A DNA stretch of 64,000 nt from assembly GCA_944384905.1 (NCBI GenBank), contig CALWVE010000024.1, positions 11,415-75,414 on the forward strand. Direction: 5' to 3'. Below, in pieces: positions 38,882-49,274 of this stretch. A program made the position numbers and the translations under genes. Within the stretch, counting starts at the first letter, position 1, and each line of letters begins with the position of its first letter. The stretch comes from an uncultured Clostridia bacterium. Its GTDB lineage: Bacteria > Bacillota > Clostridia > Oscillospirales > Acutalibacteraceae. The notes beneath the pieces were generated by a model. That model ran no database searches. It saw only the letters and a program-made list of their open reading frames with translations, and was not told the DNA's origin.

Positions 38882-38968
38882 TAAAGCTTGGTAGTTGTGC
38901 GTATATCGCGTATATTTTTTTAACAAGAGTCCCCGGTTCGTTAAAACCGGGGACTGCTGTTTTATGGA

Positions 38969-39361
38969 TCAGAATGTAATCGTTCTGGGTTCCGATGTAA
39001 AGGATGAGAAAGTCGCCGTGCCGTGCTCCAGCGCAAAAATCTGCGTGTTGCCGTCTCCGGCCTGATACCGGGATTTCAGCGACGGATGCGTATCGAGCAT
39101 GTGCTGCTGAGCTTCCAGCCGGGGATCTTCCACAGCGAGCGCAGAAACGCGCAGCCATTCGCCATCGCTGAACGCACAAATTTCGATTTTGGGATTTTCC
39201 AGCATCTGCTTGGAAACATTCTTGGAACGTCCGGTCTGGATCGTCAGACGGCCGTCGAACAGATCAATGGTGCCAAACGGGCGCACGCGGGGCTGGTCGC
39301 CTTCCACCGTGGCCAAATAGTATGTTTTGCATTTCTTGAGAAAATCGTAAATTTCCTGCAC
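38969..39361 (-). CDS. Pyridoxamine 5'-phosphate oxidase-fold family protein
   Basis: YYLATVEGDQPRVRPFG...NPKIEICAF is the pattern of small PNPOx-like FMN-binding proteins. Confidence 0.72.
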   Translation of the reverse strand: MQEIYDFLKKCKTYYLATVEGDQPRVRPFGTIDLFDGRLTIQTGRSKNVSKQMLENPKIEICAFSDGEWLRVSALAVEDPRLEAQQHMLDTHPSLKSRYQAGDGNTQIFALEHGTATFSSFTSEPRTITF

Positions 39362-39400
39362 AATAACCCATCCTTTCTGTAATCAATCGGGAAAATTTTG

Positions 39401-41002
39401 TCAGCGATCCCATTTCTCGCACAAAGCGCTGATCTGATCGGCGAATTTGGCCAGATCTTTGTTGGCGCCGCCTTTGTTGTGACGGATAACTTCCAGTAAA
39501 CGCTGACCCATCGCCCACAAGCGCTGATAAACGGGCGATTCTTTGGGCGTTTTTTTCTTCTCTTTTTCTTCGATAAACGGTACGCCCGCCTGAACCAATG
39601 CATTGGCCGCCAAATCATAGACTTCCGTGTAATCCGGCGCATGAGCGGCAAACCCGGCTTCGCGCAGGGTTTCGGCAAAGGATACGGTGTTTTGCTCTTC
39701 GCCGTGAACCAGGAAAACATGATCCGGACGCGGCGTGTAGTTGTTGATCCAACGCAGCAGGGCGGTGCGGTCGGCATGGGAAGAAAGGCCGAACAGCTGG
39801 GCGATGCGCGCCCGTACGGCGATTTCTTCGCCGAACAGCTTGACTTCCTTCTTTTCGCCGTCTACCAGAATACGTCCCAAGCTGCCGTAGGCCTGAAAGC
39901 CGACGAAAACGATCGTGCATTCCGGCCGCCAAAGATTGTGTTTGAGGTGATGGCGGATGCGGCCGGCATCGCACATACCGCTGGCCGAAAGAATGACCTT
40001 CGGCGTATGGTCTGTGTTGAGCCATTTGGATTCTTCGAGCGTCTGGGTTACATTCAACCCGGGGAAGGCCAAAATGTTGATGCCTTTTTCGGCCAGATCA
40101 GCCGTTTCGTCGTCTGTGTAGCCGCGCAGATCACCCATGAAAATGCGGGTAGCTTCCCCGGCCAGCGGACTATCCACATACACCGGGAAATCCGGTACGG
40201 ACTGCACCAGCCCGCGTTCCTTGATTTCGCGGATATAATAAAGCAGCTCCTGTGTACGTCCCACGGCAAAGGCCGGGATCACAACGTTGCCGCCCTTGCC
40301 CAGCGTGCTGTCGATAATTTCGGCGAGTTCTTCCGTATAGGCCTGTTCGGGCGGATGATTGCGGTCGGCATAGGTGGTTTCCATCACCACATAATCGGCC
40401 CGCGTTAGATATGAAGGATCGCGGATGATGGGGTGATTCACGTTTCCGATATCGCCCGAAAAAACGATCGTTTTTTCCACGTCGTTTTCTCGCAAATTCA
40501 GCTCAATCATAGCCGAACCGAGCAGATGCCCCGCGTCATAGAATCGAGCGGAAACGCCGGGGAATACATCCACGGTTTCTCCGTAATTGCAGGTCTGCAG
40601 TAATTTCAGTGCAGCTTCAGCATCCGCAATCGTATACAGCGGCTCTACATCTTCGCGTCCGGCGCGGCGGCCTTTCTGGTTTTCCCAGGCGGCGTCGCTT
40701 TCCTGAATATGGGCGCTGTCGCGCAGCATAATGGAGAGCAGCTGCGCCGTGAGACGCGTGGTGAGAATCGGGCCGTGATAACCCTGCTTTACCAGAAGCG
40801 GCAATCGTCCGGAGTGGTCGATGTGTGCGTGCGTGACCAACACGGCGTCGATACTGCCCGGTACAAAGGGCAGGGTGCTGTTGTCTTTGTCTCCGGCTCC
40901 CTGCTGTAAACCGCAGTCAATTAAAATCCGTTTTCCGTTTACTTCTACACAATGACAGCTTCCCGTCACGGTTTTATCGGCTCCGTAAAACGATAACTTC
41001 AT
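39401..41002 (-). CDS. MBL-fold beta-CASP family hydrolase (RNA-metabolising metallo-beta-lactamase)
   Basis: Start at MKLSFYGA (ATG 41002-41000), behind aaaggagg. HAHIDHSG motif and beta-CASP/RMMBL-type C-terminal motifs (SSHAD). The tracked ORF extends 47 codons further upstream without support. Confidence 0.85.
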   Translation of the reverse strand: MKLSFYGADKTVTGSCHCVEVNGKRILIDCGLQQGAGDKDNSTLPFVPGSIDAVLVTHAHIDHSGRLPLLVKQGYHGPILTTRLTAQLLSIMLRDSAHIQESDAAWENQKGRRAGREDVEPLYTIADAEAALKLLQTCNYGETVDVFPGVSARFYDAGHLLGSAMIELNLRENDVEKTIVFSGDIGNVNHPIIRDPSYLTRADYVVMETTYADRNHPPEQAYTEELAEIIDSTLGKGGNVVIPAFAVGRTQELLYYIREIKERGLVQSVPDFPVYVDSPLAGEATRIFMGDLRGYTDDETADLAEKGINILAFPGLNVTQTLEESKWLNTDHTPKVILSASGMCDAGRIRHHLKHNLWRPECTIVFVGFQAYGSLGRILVDGEKKEVKLFGEEIAVRARIAQLFGLSSHADRTALLRWINNYTPRPDHVFLVHGEEQNTVSFAETLREAGFAAHAPDYTEVYDLAANALVQAGVPFIEEKEKKKTPKESPVYQRLWAMGQRLLEVIRHNKGGANKDLAKFADQISALCEKWDR

Positions 41003-41075
41003 GGCAGACCTCCTTTGTCCCGGGACTGCGGGGGTATCCCGCAGAGATGTTCCCCATTTGGAAAACTCAGATTGA

Positions 41076-42671
<1,596 letters not shown>

Positions 42672-42720
42672 TGGTTTGTTTTCCTTCCGTAGAAATCTAA
42701 AAATATAAACGGGAAGAAGC

Positions 42721-43425
42721 TTACAGCGTATAAATCATAAACGAGTTTTCTTCTTCCTCGCACATAGCGGTAAGCGTATGATAGCGAATGCCGTCCAAAA
42801 CGGCTTCGTGGCCGAAATGATAATGTCCCTGTAAAACCATCCGGACATTCCCGGCTTCGTGGATGAGGCGGCGTACTTCGGCAGCGTTTTCCAAAACATG
42901 TTCGCCCGAAATACCGGGATCGAGATTTTGGTGCAGCCCCACCAGGCAGCGCTTGTTTGTGTGCAGCTGCTCTTTGAACCACAGGAATTCTTCCTGCGGC
43001 AAAGCGGTCTGTGTCCAATCTTCAAAATAAGGCGGCCAGGGGGAACCATCGCGCATGGCGTTGGCATCCAGCAGGATCACGCGACTTTCGTCGTCTTCTA
43101 AAACACAGGGAGCCAGCGTAAAGCCGGTTAAGGCGGCAAATTCTTCGCGGGTAAAAGCTTCCGCGTCGTGGTTGCCCATGCAGGTATAAACCGGCACTCC
43201 GGTTTCACGCAGCGGAAGAATAAATTCCCGCAGCCGCTGCGCCATCGTTTCGCGTGTATCCCAGATACTGATCCAGTCGCCCAGGCACACGATGGCGTCT
43301 ACTTGTTCTTTTTGAAAAGCATCCAGCGCTTCTTTGAGTTTACCCATTGAAAGCCGGGGCCGGCGGGTATTTACCAGCCGGTCCGCCAGCGCGTAATGCG
43401 GGTCCGTAAAAATGCCGAGTTTCAC
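42721..43425 (-). CDS. Calcineurin-like metallophosphoesterase
   Basis: Motifs DPH (IFTDPHY), GD (CLGDWI), GNHD (CMGNHD) and a later GH/HxH-type region (LQGHYHFGH). Confidence 0.8.
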   Translation of the reverse strand: MKLGIFTDPHYALADRLVNTRRPRLSMGKLKEALDAFQKEQVDAIVCLGDWISIWDTRETMAQRLREFILPLRETGVPVYTCMGNHDAEAFTREEFAALTGFTLAPCVLEDDESRVILLDANAMRDGSPWPPYFEDWTQTALPQEEFLWFKEQLHTNKRCLVGLHQNLDPGISGEHVLENAAEVRRLIHEAGNVRMVLQGHYHFGHEAVLDGIRYHTLTAMCEEEENSFMIYTL

Positions 43426-43436
43426 AGAAAACCTCC

Positions 43437-44768
43437 TCAGGTTGTTTCCTGATAGGGAACGTAATCGATCGGCTGATCTTTCCAGGCGTTTGCCCAGGTT
43501 TGGAATTCATCGAGCACGGCGGCTTCGTCTTCCGGCGTAAACGCGTCGGGATGGCAGCGCCAGCGTGTGCAGCGTTCCACGAGATCGAGGAAGCGATAAT
43601 GGGGGACATCCCGCCGCATATTGGCGGCAATGGCGTTTTTGCTCGAGCAGCTTTTGCCGGTGGCAAAATAATAATCGAGCAGCGCGCGGGCCAGCACAGC
43701 CTGCACTTTCATGCGCAGCGGCCAGGCAAGAGAATCGGATAACTGCCCGCCGGCTGCGGCGCGTTCCCGCTTTTCCCAGGTTTTTACCATGCGGTTGGAT
43801 GCGACGATATCTTCTTTTTGCGGATGATCGATTGCGGCGCGCAAATCTTCGCCGAATACGGTGCGTCCGCCGTCTTTGATGCGCATCACTTCAACGGGAA
43901 GCTCCATATAATCAAGATTTTCCAGCGTTAAATCAAAATCAGTGGGATAGGGGCGGAAAAGATCGCGATAGCGATAGACACAGCGCGCGAGCGGAATGTC
44001 GTTGCCGGTTTCTTCTTCGGTTCGGGCAATCGCATCCAATACCCGCTGACGGCCGTCTTCGGGCGCATCGTCACGCAGAATATGAATCACGTCGATGTCG
44101 CTGCCTGCGTTGCCGGTATAGCTGTCGTCGGCTAAGCTGCCCACCAGCACAACCGAAGCTACAATGCTGCCGCAGCGTGCTTCGAGACAATGCAAATGGT
44201 GCCGCAGCACTTCCTGGGCACGGTCCTTGCTTTTGTGGCAATTTTTCAGCTCAAATTCCATCGGAACGTCGTGTTCGTTCGTTTTTGTAAGCGCCGGATC
44301 GGCTGCATCGTGAAGGTCCATTGCGTGGCAGAAGGCCTGCGTTTCCACGGAAGGATGCGCCGAAAAATACAGTTTTTTGGCGCCCTGACCGGCCGCCCAG
44401 TTGGCAGCGCGGCGGAACAGCATCGCGCCCAGCCCCTGCCCGCGGCAATCGGCCGAAACATACAGATGCGAAAGTTCCAGATACTCGTCGTCATTTCCAA
44501 ACGGTATTCCTTCCACGGCGGCAAAGCCCTTGAGTCCGTCTCCGATGAACGCACCCAATACAATGCCCGTTGCGCAGATGGTTTTCAGGCGGCGGATCAG
44601 TGCGGTGTAGTCAGCCTCTTTCCAGTCTTCAACAGACGGTACGCTGCGAATTACCCATGCACTGTTTTCCAGGCAGCGGCATTCATCTACCCGCTGGCGT
44701 CGGATGAAATCTGCAAATAGATTACGCGAAATTTCTCCTGCGGAAAGCATACGGATTTCCATAAACAT
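43437..44768 (-). CDS. Fusion protein: N-terminal GNAT acetyltransferase + C-terminal nucleotidyltransferase (AadA/ANT-like fold)
   Basis: GNAT motif A (LYVSADCRGQGLGAMLFRRAANWAAGQGAKKLY) is followed by the pol-beta NTase signature (VGSLADDSYTGNAGSDIDVIHIL) and a helical C-terminal region. Confidence 0.7.
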   Translation of the reverse strand: MFMEIRMLSAGEISRNLFADFIRRQRVDECRCLENSAWVIRSVPSVEDWKEADYTALIRRLKTICATGIVLGAFIGDGLKGFAAVEGIPFGNDDEYLELSHLYVSADCRGQGLGAMLFRRAANWAAGQGAKKLYFSAHPSVETQAFCHAMDLHDAADPALTKTNEHDVPMEFELKNCHKSKDRAQEVLRHHLHCLEARCGSIVASVVLVGSLADDSYTGNAGSDIDVIHILRDDAPEDGRQRVLDAIARTEEETGNDIPLARCVYRYRDLFRPYPTDFDLTLENLDYMELPVEVMRIKDGGRTVFGEDLRAAIDHPQKEDIVASNRMVKTWEKRERAAAGGQLSDSLAWPLRMKVQAVLARALLDYYFATGKSCSSKNAIAANMRRDVPHYRFLDLVERCTRWRCHPDAFTPEDEAAVLDEFQTWANAWKDQPIDYVPYQETT

Positions 44769-44872
44769 CCTCCTCTTAAATCAATCGATGCGGTTTCATA
44801 AATCTCTGCCATCCAAGTTGTGGCTATAGCTACATGATAGCATGAATATTCGAAAAAAACCATAGAAAAATA

Positions 44873-44902
44873 GAAAATCCGCACAACTTGCGCGGATTTT
44901 TT
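44873..44902. terminator. Terminator hairpin downstream of the DUF4317-like gene
   Basis: Stem aaaatccgc / gcggatttt with flanking A/T runs. Confidence 0.65.
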
Positions 44903-44998
44903 ACGAATTTTTTATTTTGGATGCCCATCTCACCGAAAAAAACGGCGATACTGGTTTCTTGAAAAGGTTTCTGCTATAATGAATTTCAGAGCAGCCGG

Positions 44999-46126
44999 TC
45001 AGGAAATATGTACGTCGATCCCGTTGACCTGCACGCCTTCGTCCGCGCGAATCAGAATATACCGCGCGCCGTCGATGACACGCGTTTCAACCAGATCGCT
45101 TCTCTCGGGGTTGACCTGAATCGTAACATCGGGCGTTTTGACTTCAAAGCGGCGGGTGTCCATCAGATTTTGGGGAATCAGCGCGCTTTCCGTGCCGAAT
45201 GCTTCGTCGAAGCGTTCTTCAAAATCGGTGACGCGGTCGGTTTCCACGCCGCAGGAAGCCAGCACATTGCGCACCGTGTTGCGCGAAACCGTGAGCGGTT
45301 CGGGGTCTTTTTCAGCTTTGTGTTCTTCGATCAGGCCGTGCAGCTGCTGGTGAACGGCTTGTACCACATCGAGGCTGCAATCATTTTGCAGCGCGTCGCC
45401 CAAAACGGATTCGAATGTTTCCTTCTGCACATCGGCCGGGGCCGGAATTTCTGTTTTAAACAGCACGTCCACCAGTTCAGGGTGATTGTCGGCCGTGCTG
45501 CGGGAATAGTACAAAGCGCCGTACAGGTTGGCGGCACGATCCTCAAACGCGGGGAAAAGGAAGCCCAGTTCCGGCGGGGATACCAGCCAGTCTGTCTGAA
45601 GGCTGCGGAATGTGTTGCCGGGAATATCGTAGCACAGCGCGGGTTTCGTTTCTTTAACCGGGCAGATGCTGCACAGTACATAAGAATAAACGGAAGAGGA
45701 AAGCTCGTCGCGCTCGCCGTCTTTGGTAAAGGCGGGCACGTCATACGGCTCGGTGGCCAGCAAAATCAAATAGCTGCCGTCCATTTGCAGCGTGTCGATA
45801 ATCCGCTGATACAAAGCCTGTGTGAAAACCGGGTCACGCAAAGCCGTATCGCGCAGCGCCATCAGCAGCTGGTGTTCTTCGCTGTTGACCACCTGCTGGG
45901 TGGAAAAAGAAAGATTGATGAGATTTTTTCCAATTGTACCCGAAAGCGTGCGGCGCAGGGTAGCGAGCATTTTTTCGGTTTCTTCGGCGGGCAATTCCAG
46001 AAACGACTGGTCAAACTGAGAGACGATTTCACGCTGGTCATTGACATAACATCCGCAAACATGGGTGATGTTGTTTTTTTCGGGCTTAAAGCGGCGGCGA
46101 ATTTCCGCAATTTCTTTTTCGTTCAT
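44999..46126 (-). CDS. Conserved hypothetical protein (DUF4317-like)
   Basis: The N-terminus MNEKEIAEIRRRFKPEKNNITHVCGCYVN matches my recollection of the DUF4317 family consensus. Function unknown. Confidence 0.65.
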   Translation of the reverse strand: MNEKEIAEIRRRFKPEKNNITHVCGCYVNDQREIVSQFDQSFLELPAEETEKMLATLRRTLSGTIGKNLINLSFSTQQVVNSEEHQLLMALRDTALRDPVFTQALYQRIIDTLQMDGSYLILLATEPYDVPAFTKDGERDELSSSVYSYVLCSICPVKETKPALCYDIPGNTFRSLQTDWLVSPPELGFLFPAFEDRAANLYGALYYSRSTADNHPELVDVLFKTEIPAPADVQKETFESVLGDALQNDCSLDVVQAVHQQLHGLIEEHKAEKDPEPLTVSRNTVRNVLASCGVETDRVTDFEERFDEAFGTESALIPQNLMDTRRFEVKTPDVTIQVNPERSDLVETRVIDGARYILIRADEGVQVNGIDVHIS

Positions 46127-46347
46127 GCTAAACCTCCTGAAACATACGGGGCGCTTTTCTATATATAAAAGATGCGACGCGGGAAATTATTGTAGCACAG
46201 GCGAAAAGAAACTGTCAAACAGGAACCGTCGAAGAAAAAAATAAAAAATTTTTTAAAAAGATGAAAGGATACGCCGCCCTCATTCGTGTTGTATGTGAAA
46301 GGGAAACAAACCCGATAAAAATCAACCGATTTCAGGAGGAAACAACC

Positions 46348-46815
46348 ATGACGATGAAAGCTTTAGCCGTTTCGATGATTTTGTCTTTGCTCACCACAAG
46401 CGGTGCAGCAGCTTACGCGGTGCAGACGCAGGCTCCGGCCGAAGCGGCCGTTCAGCCCACAGCGGTAGAACAGACAGTCGTTTGTCCGAACGATGGCGTC
46501 CCGGCACTGGACGGCACCGGTTATCAGGGCGGCCGCAGCGATGAAGACGGCAACGGTAACGGCAACGGCGGCAATGGCGGCAATGGCGGCAACGGCGTAT
46601 GTGCCAACGGCGGTGTGTGCGTAAATGAAAACTGCCCGAACGGTGGTGTTCCGGCGCAGGATGGCACGGGCTACCAGGGTGGCCGTAACGATGAAAATGG
46701 TAACGGCAACGGAAACGGCGGCAATGGCGGCGTATGCGTAAATGAAAACTGCCCGAACGATGGTGTTACGGCACGCGACGGCACCGGTTATCGCGGAGGC
46801 CGCGGCGGTAAATAA
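46348..46815 (+). CDS. Small secreted Cys/Gly/Asn-rich protein with three C-P-N-x-G-V-x-A-x-D-G-T-G-Y-x-G-G-R repeats
   Basis: ATG 46348 sits behind caggagga. The signal peptide ends AAAYA. Three repeats are separated by (GN)n spacers and VCVNENC motifs. It is 9 nt upstream of an ECF sigma gene. Confidence 0.7.
   Translation: MTMKALAVSMILSLLTTSGAAAYAVQTQAPAEAAVQPTAVEQTVVCPNDGVPALDGTGYQGGRSDEDGNGNGNGGNGGNGGNGVCANGGVCVNENCPNGGVPAQDGTGYQGGRNDENGNGNGNGGNGGVCVNENCPNDGVTARDGTGYRGGRGGK
46483..46812 (+). repeat. In-frame tandem coding repeats (~115-120 nt unit, three copies) with GGCAAYGGC micro-repeats
   Basis: gt(g/a)tgcgtaaatgaaaactgcccgaacg occurs twice nearly identically, and the ggcaacggc/ggcaatggc tracts are repeated. 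Confidence 0.8.
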
Positions 46816-46839
46816 GAAACAAAGATGAGGGAGACGTCC

Positions 46840-47325
46840 ATGCGCAGCGAATGGGAAACAGACCGCGCGATCGAGCAATATGCCGATACGGTACGGAAAA
46901 TTTGTATGCTGCATCTGAAAAATGAAGCCGATACCGAGGATATTTTTCAGACGGTGTTTTTAAAATATGCGATGTACCCCGGCTCGTTTGCCGACAGCGA
47001 GCACGAAAAAGCCTGGCTGATCCGTGTAACGGTGAACGCCTGTAAGGATTTTCTCAAAAGCTTTTTCCGCCGCAATACGGTTCCGATTGAAGAAATTCAG
47101 GAATCGCTGGTGTCGCCGCTGCCGCAGGAGCAAAGCGAAGTGCTTGAAGCCGTGCTTTCCCTGCCCGATAAATACAAGGATGTGATTTATCTGTATTTTT
47201 ACGAGGGCTATTCCGCCGTGGAAATCGGACGTCTGCTTAAGAAAAATGTCAACACAATCTATACATTGCTTTCTCGTGCAAAAGCGATTCTTAAAGAGAA
47301 ACTGGGAGGTGAGGAATTTGCGTAA
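46840..47325 (+). CDS. ECF-type RNA polymerase sigma factor (sigma-70 family, regions 2 and 4)
   Basis: Region 2 (EDIFQTVFLKY...AWLIRVTVNACKDFLK) and region 4 HTH (VIYLYFYEGYSAVEIGRLLKKNVNTIYTLLSRAK). ATG 46840 has the better RBS (gagggag). ATG 46825 is an in-frame alternative. Confidence 0.85.
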   Translation: MRSEWETDRAIEQYADTVRKICMLHLKNEADTEDIFQTVFLKYAMYPGSFADSEHEKAWLIRVTVNACKDFLKSFFRRNTVPIEEIQESLVSPLPQEQSEVLEAVLSLPDKYKDVIYLYFYEGYSAVEIGRLLKKNVNTIYTLLSRAKAILKEKLGGEEFA

Positions 47326-48202
47326 CCGGATTCAAACCGCATTCGATTCCGTTCAGGCGTCGCCCGAACTGAAAAACAAAACCCGCGATTTTCTGGCTCA
47401 CGAGCGGCAGCGCCGTTCTGTGCGTCCGGTCCGGGCGCTGGTTCCCGCGTTGTGCAGTTTGCTGCTGTTGGTTTTGGGCGCTGTGGGCTGGGGCCTGTAT
47501 CAAACGCCTGTTGCGGCCATCAGCGTGGACATCAACCCCTCTCTGGAGCTCACGGTCAACCGTTTTGACCGGGTGATCGGCGTGAAGGGCTTTAACGAAG
47601 ACGGTGAAGCCGCCGCCGCGCAGGTAGACCTCATCAACATGCGCTATGACGAAGCTGTGGAAACGCTGCTTCAAAGCGAAGCCATTTCACCGTATCTTTC
47701 TGAAGATGCTTTTGTCAGCATTGCCGTGGCCTGTGATGAACAGGAAAAAGGCGAAGCCATGCGACAGCAGGTGCAGGCGGGTACCGTCGAATGCCCCGCG
47801 GAAGTTTCCTGCACGGCGGGGAACAGCGAGGACGTAGAACAGGCGCACGAAGCCGGGCTTTCCTTCGGCAAATATCGCGCGTTTGAAGAATTGCAGGCGC
47901 TGGATCCTTCCGTAACGGCCGAAGACGTGCAAGGTATGACCATGCGCGAAATCCGCGACCGGATCAACGAACTGCTGGAAGAAGCGGGTGAAGAGCCCTC
48001 CGGCCAGGGTCAAGGTCAGGGACAGGGTTCGGGCCAAGGTCAGCAGAGTCAGGGCACCGGGCAAGGCTCGGGTCAGGGCCAGCAAGGCCAGGGGAGCGGT
48101 CAAGGCTCCGGCCAGGGTTCCAAGGGAGAAGGCAATTCGAGCGGCAAAAATCAAGGCAGCCAGAACGGGGACGGCAACCAGTACGGCCGAAACCCCGGCT
48201 GA
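47318..48202 (+). CDS. Single-pass anti-sigma factor with RsgI-like juxtamembrane domain and Gln/Gly-rich disordered tail
   Basis: TTG 47318 (or GTG 47309) overlaps the sigma stop, behind gggaggtgagg. It has a short cytoplasmic N-terminus, one TM (LVPALCSLLLLVLGAVGWGLY), the extracytoplasmic SVDINPSLELTVNRFDRVIGVKGFNEDG, which resembles B. subtilis RsgI (TIDINPSVEMALN...LNDEG), and a (GQG/GSG)n tail. Confidence 0.7.
   Translation: MRNRIQTAFDSVQASPELKNKTRDFLAHERQRRSVRPVRALVPALCSLLLLVLGAVGWGLYQTPVAAISVDINPSLELTVNRFDRVIGVKGFNEDGEAAAAQVDLINMRYDEAVETLLQSEAISPYLSEDAFVSIAVACDEQEKGEAMRQQVQAGTVECPAEVSCTAGNSEDVEQAHEAGLSFGKYRAFEELQALDPSVTAEDVQGMTMREIRDRINELLEEAGEEPSGQGQGQGQGSGQGQQSQGTGQGSGQGQQGQGSGQGSGQGSKGEGNSSGKNQGSQNGDGNQYGRNPG
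47995..48199 (+). repeat. Low-complexity GGYCARGGY coding repeats (Gln/Gly/Ser tail of the anti-sigma factor)
   Basis: Translates to PSGQGQGQGQGSGQGQQSQGTGQGSGQGQQGQGSGQGSGQGSKGEGNSSGKNQGSQNGDGNQYG. Confidence 0.8.
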
Positions 48203-48203
48203 T

Positions 48204-48240
48204 AAAAAAGTCCGGAGCATTTCTGCTCCGGACTTAATTT
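48204..48240. terminator. Bidirectional terminator between the anti-sigma gene and the Dlt-like operon
   Basis: 12-bp stem aagtccggagca / tgctccggactt, flanked by aaaaaa and aattt. Confidence 0.75.
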
Positions 48241-48308
48241 ATGAATTGGACAATTACAAAACTAAAAAGTCGATAAAATGCCTCAATGGTAAATGGAGTT
48301 GAGGTTGA

Positions 48309-49262
48309 TTAAGCGTTTTTGACAACGGATTCGTACCGGCTGAGTGAATCGTTCCATTTGGCGTAATCCGCATCGGGGCGGTGATCGGTTAAAAGGCCCG
48401 TTTCGGTAAGGTAATCGCTAAGAAAACGCGTGACTTTGGCGGCGCCGAAATGATTGAGATGGTCGCCTTTGTCTCGGGTGTCTTCTTCCCAATTGATTTT
48501 AAGCTGTTCGTTCATCAAGTTCAGATCGATGTATTCGCATCCAATTTGATCGGCCAGATTCTGAATGCCGTTGTGGCGTTCGTAGTTCCAGTTTACGGTG
48601 CTGGGTGTGCTGAGAAAAACGAGCTTTGCGCCGTTTTCATCGCAGAATTCTTTGATTTCTGCGATGTATTTGATATTCAGTTCCGGAATTTCTGCCTTAG
48701 TTTCCGTTTTTACCATGTGGTCTTTTTTTGTGCTGGCGAGAACCCGGGCGTTATATCGATAACCTTTATAGTCGTCTGTCCAGGTGAACTTGCTTTTTCC
48801 GGTAAAATCGTGCCATCCCAAGGATTTCCAGCGGTCGTGATATTGGAATACCGAAAAGTGATCGGCCAGCTTTGCAATCGCCGCGCTGCTGTCTGAAACC
48901 GGTCGATAAATCGCATTGGTTTCCAGAATCACAATTTTGGGTGATTGCTTTTCAAATGTGCGGTGCAGCAGAACCTGCGAATAATCTAAGCTTTGTGCGG
49001 GAGAACCGCAGACATAAGACGTATATCCCGTATCTTTCCATATTTGCAGCGGGATGATGGAAGAATATGACTCACTGTCACCCAGTACCAAAACATCAAT
49101 GGAATGCTCCTTTTCTCCCAGGATACCATTGGCCGATACTTCTTCCATGCCAAATTCAGACATGTTGTTTTTCGGCTGAAAGACAAAAGACGAGGCAGTA
49201 AGTAGTCCGATCAGTCCGATGATAAACACCAGACAACGGACAATTCTTTTTGCATAAATCAT
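48309..49262 (-). CDS. Membrane-anchored SGNH/GDSL-fold protein (DltD/AlgX-like role)
   Basis: N-terminal TM anchor, block I GDSES (VLVLGDSESY) and block V DHLNH (DKGDHLNHFG). Last gene of the Dlt-like operon. Confidence 0.75.
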   Translation of the reverse strand: MIYAKRIVRCLVFIIGLIGLLTASSFVFQPKNNMSEFGMEEVSANGILGEKEHSIDVLVLGDSESYSSIIPLQIWKDTGYTSYVCGSPAQSLDYSQVLLHRTFEKQSPKIVILETNAIYRPVSDSSAAIAKLADHFSVFQYHDRWKSLGWHDFTGKSKFTWTDDYKGYRYNARVLASTKKDHMVKTETKAEIPELNIKYIAEIKEFCDENGAKLVFLSTPSTVNWNYERHNGIQNLADQIGCEYIDLNLMNEQLKINWEEDTRDKGDHLNHFGAAKVTRFLSDYLTETGLLTDHRPDADYAKWNDSLSRYESVVKNA

Positions 49263-49274
49263 GGCGAATCCTCC

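Noticed and set aside
46127-46347. ECF-type autoregulatory promoter (GAAC-N16/17-CGT) upstream of the secreted-peptide/ECF operon.
   Set aside because: Candidate GAAAC and CGTC elements exist (about 46209-46231), but the spacing is 14 nt or they are directly abutting. No match has canonical spacing, so no promoter was called.
46500-46760. Periodic GGCAACGGC/GGCAATGGC repeats that could superficially suggest a CRISPR-like or satellite array.
   Set aside because: The units are 9 nt, in frame, and encode (GN)n within a signal-peptide-bearing ORF. There are no spacers of unique sequence and no cas genes anywhere in the window.
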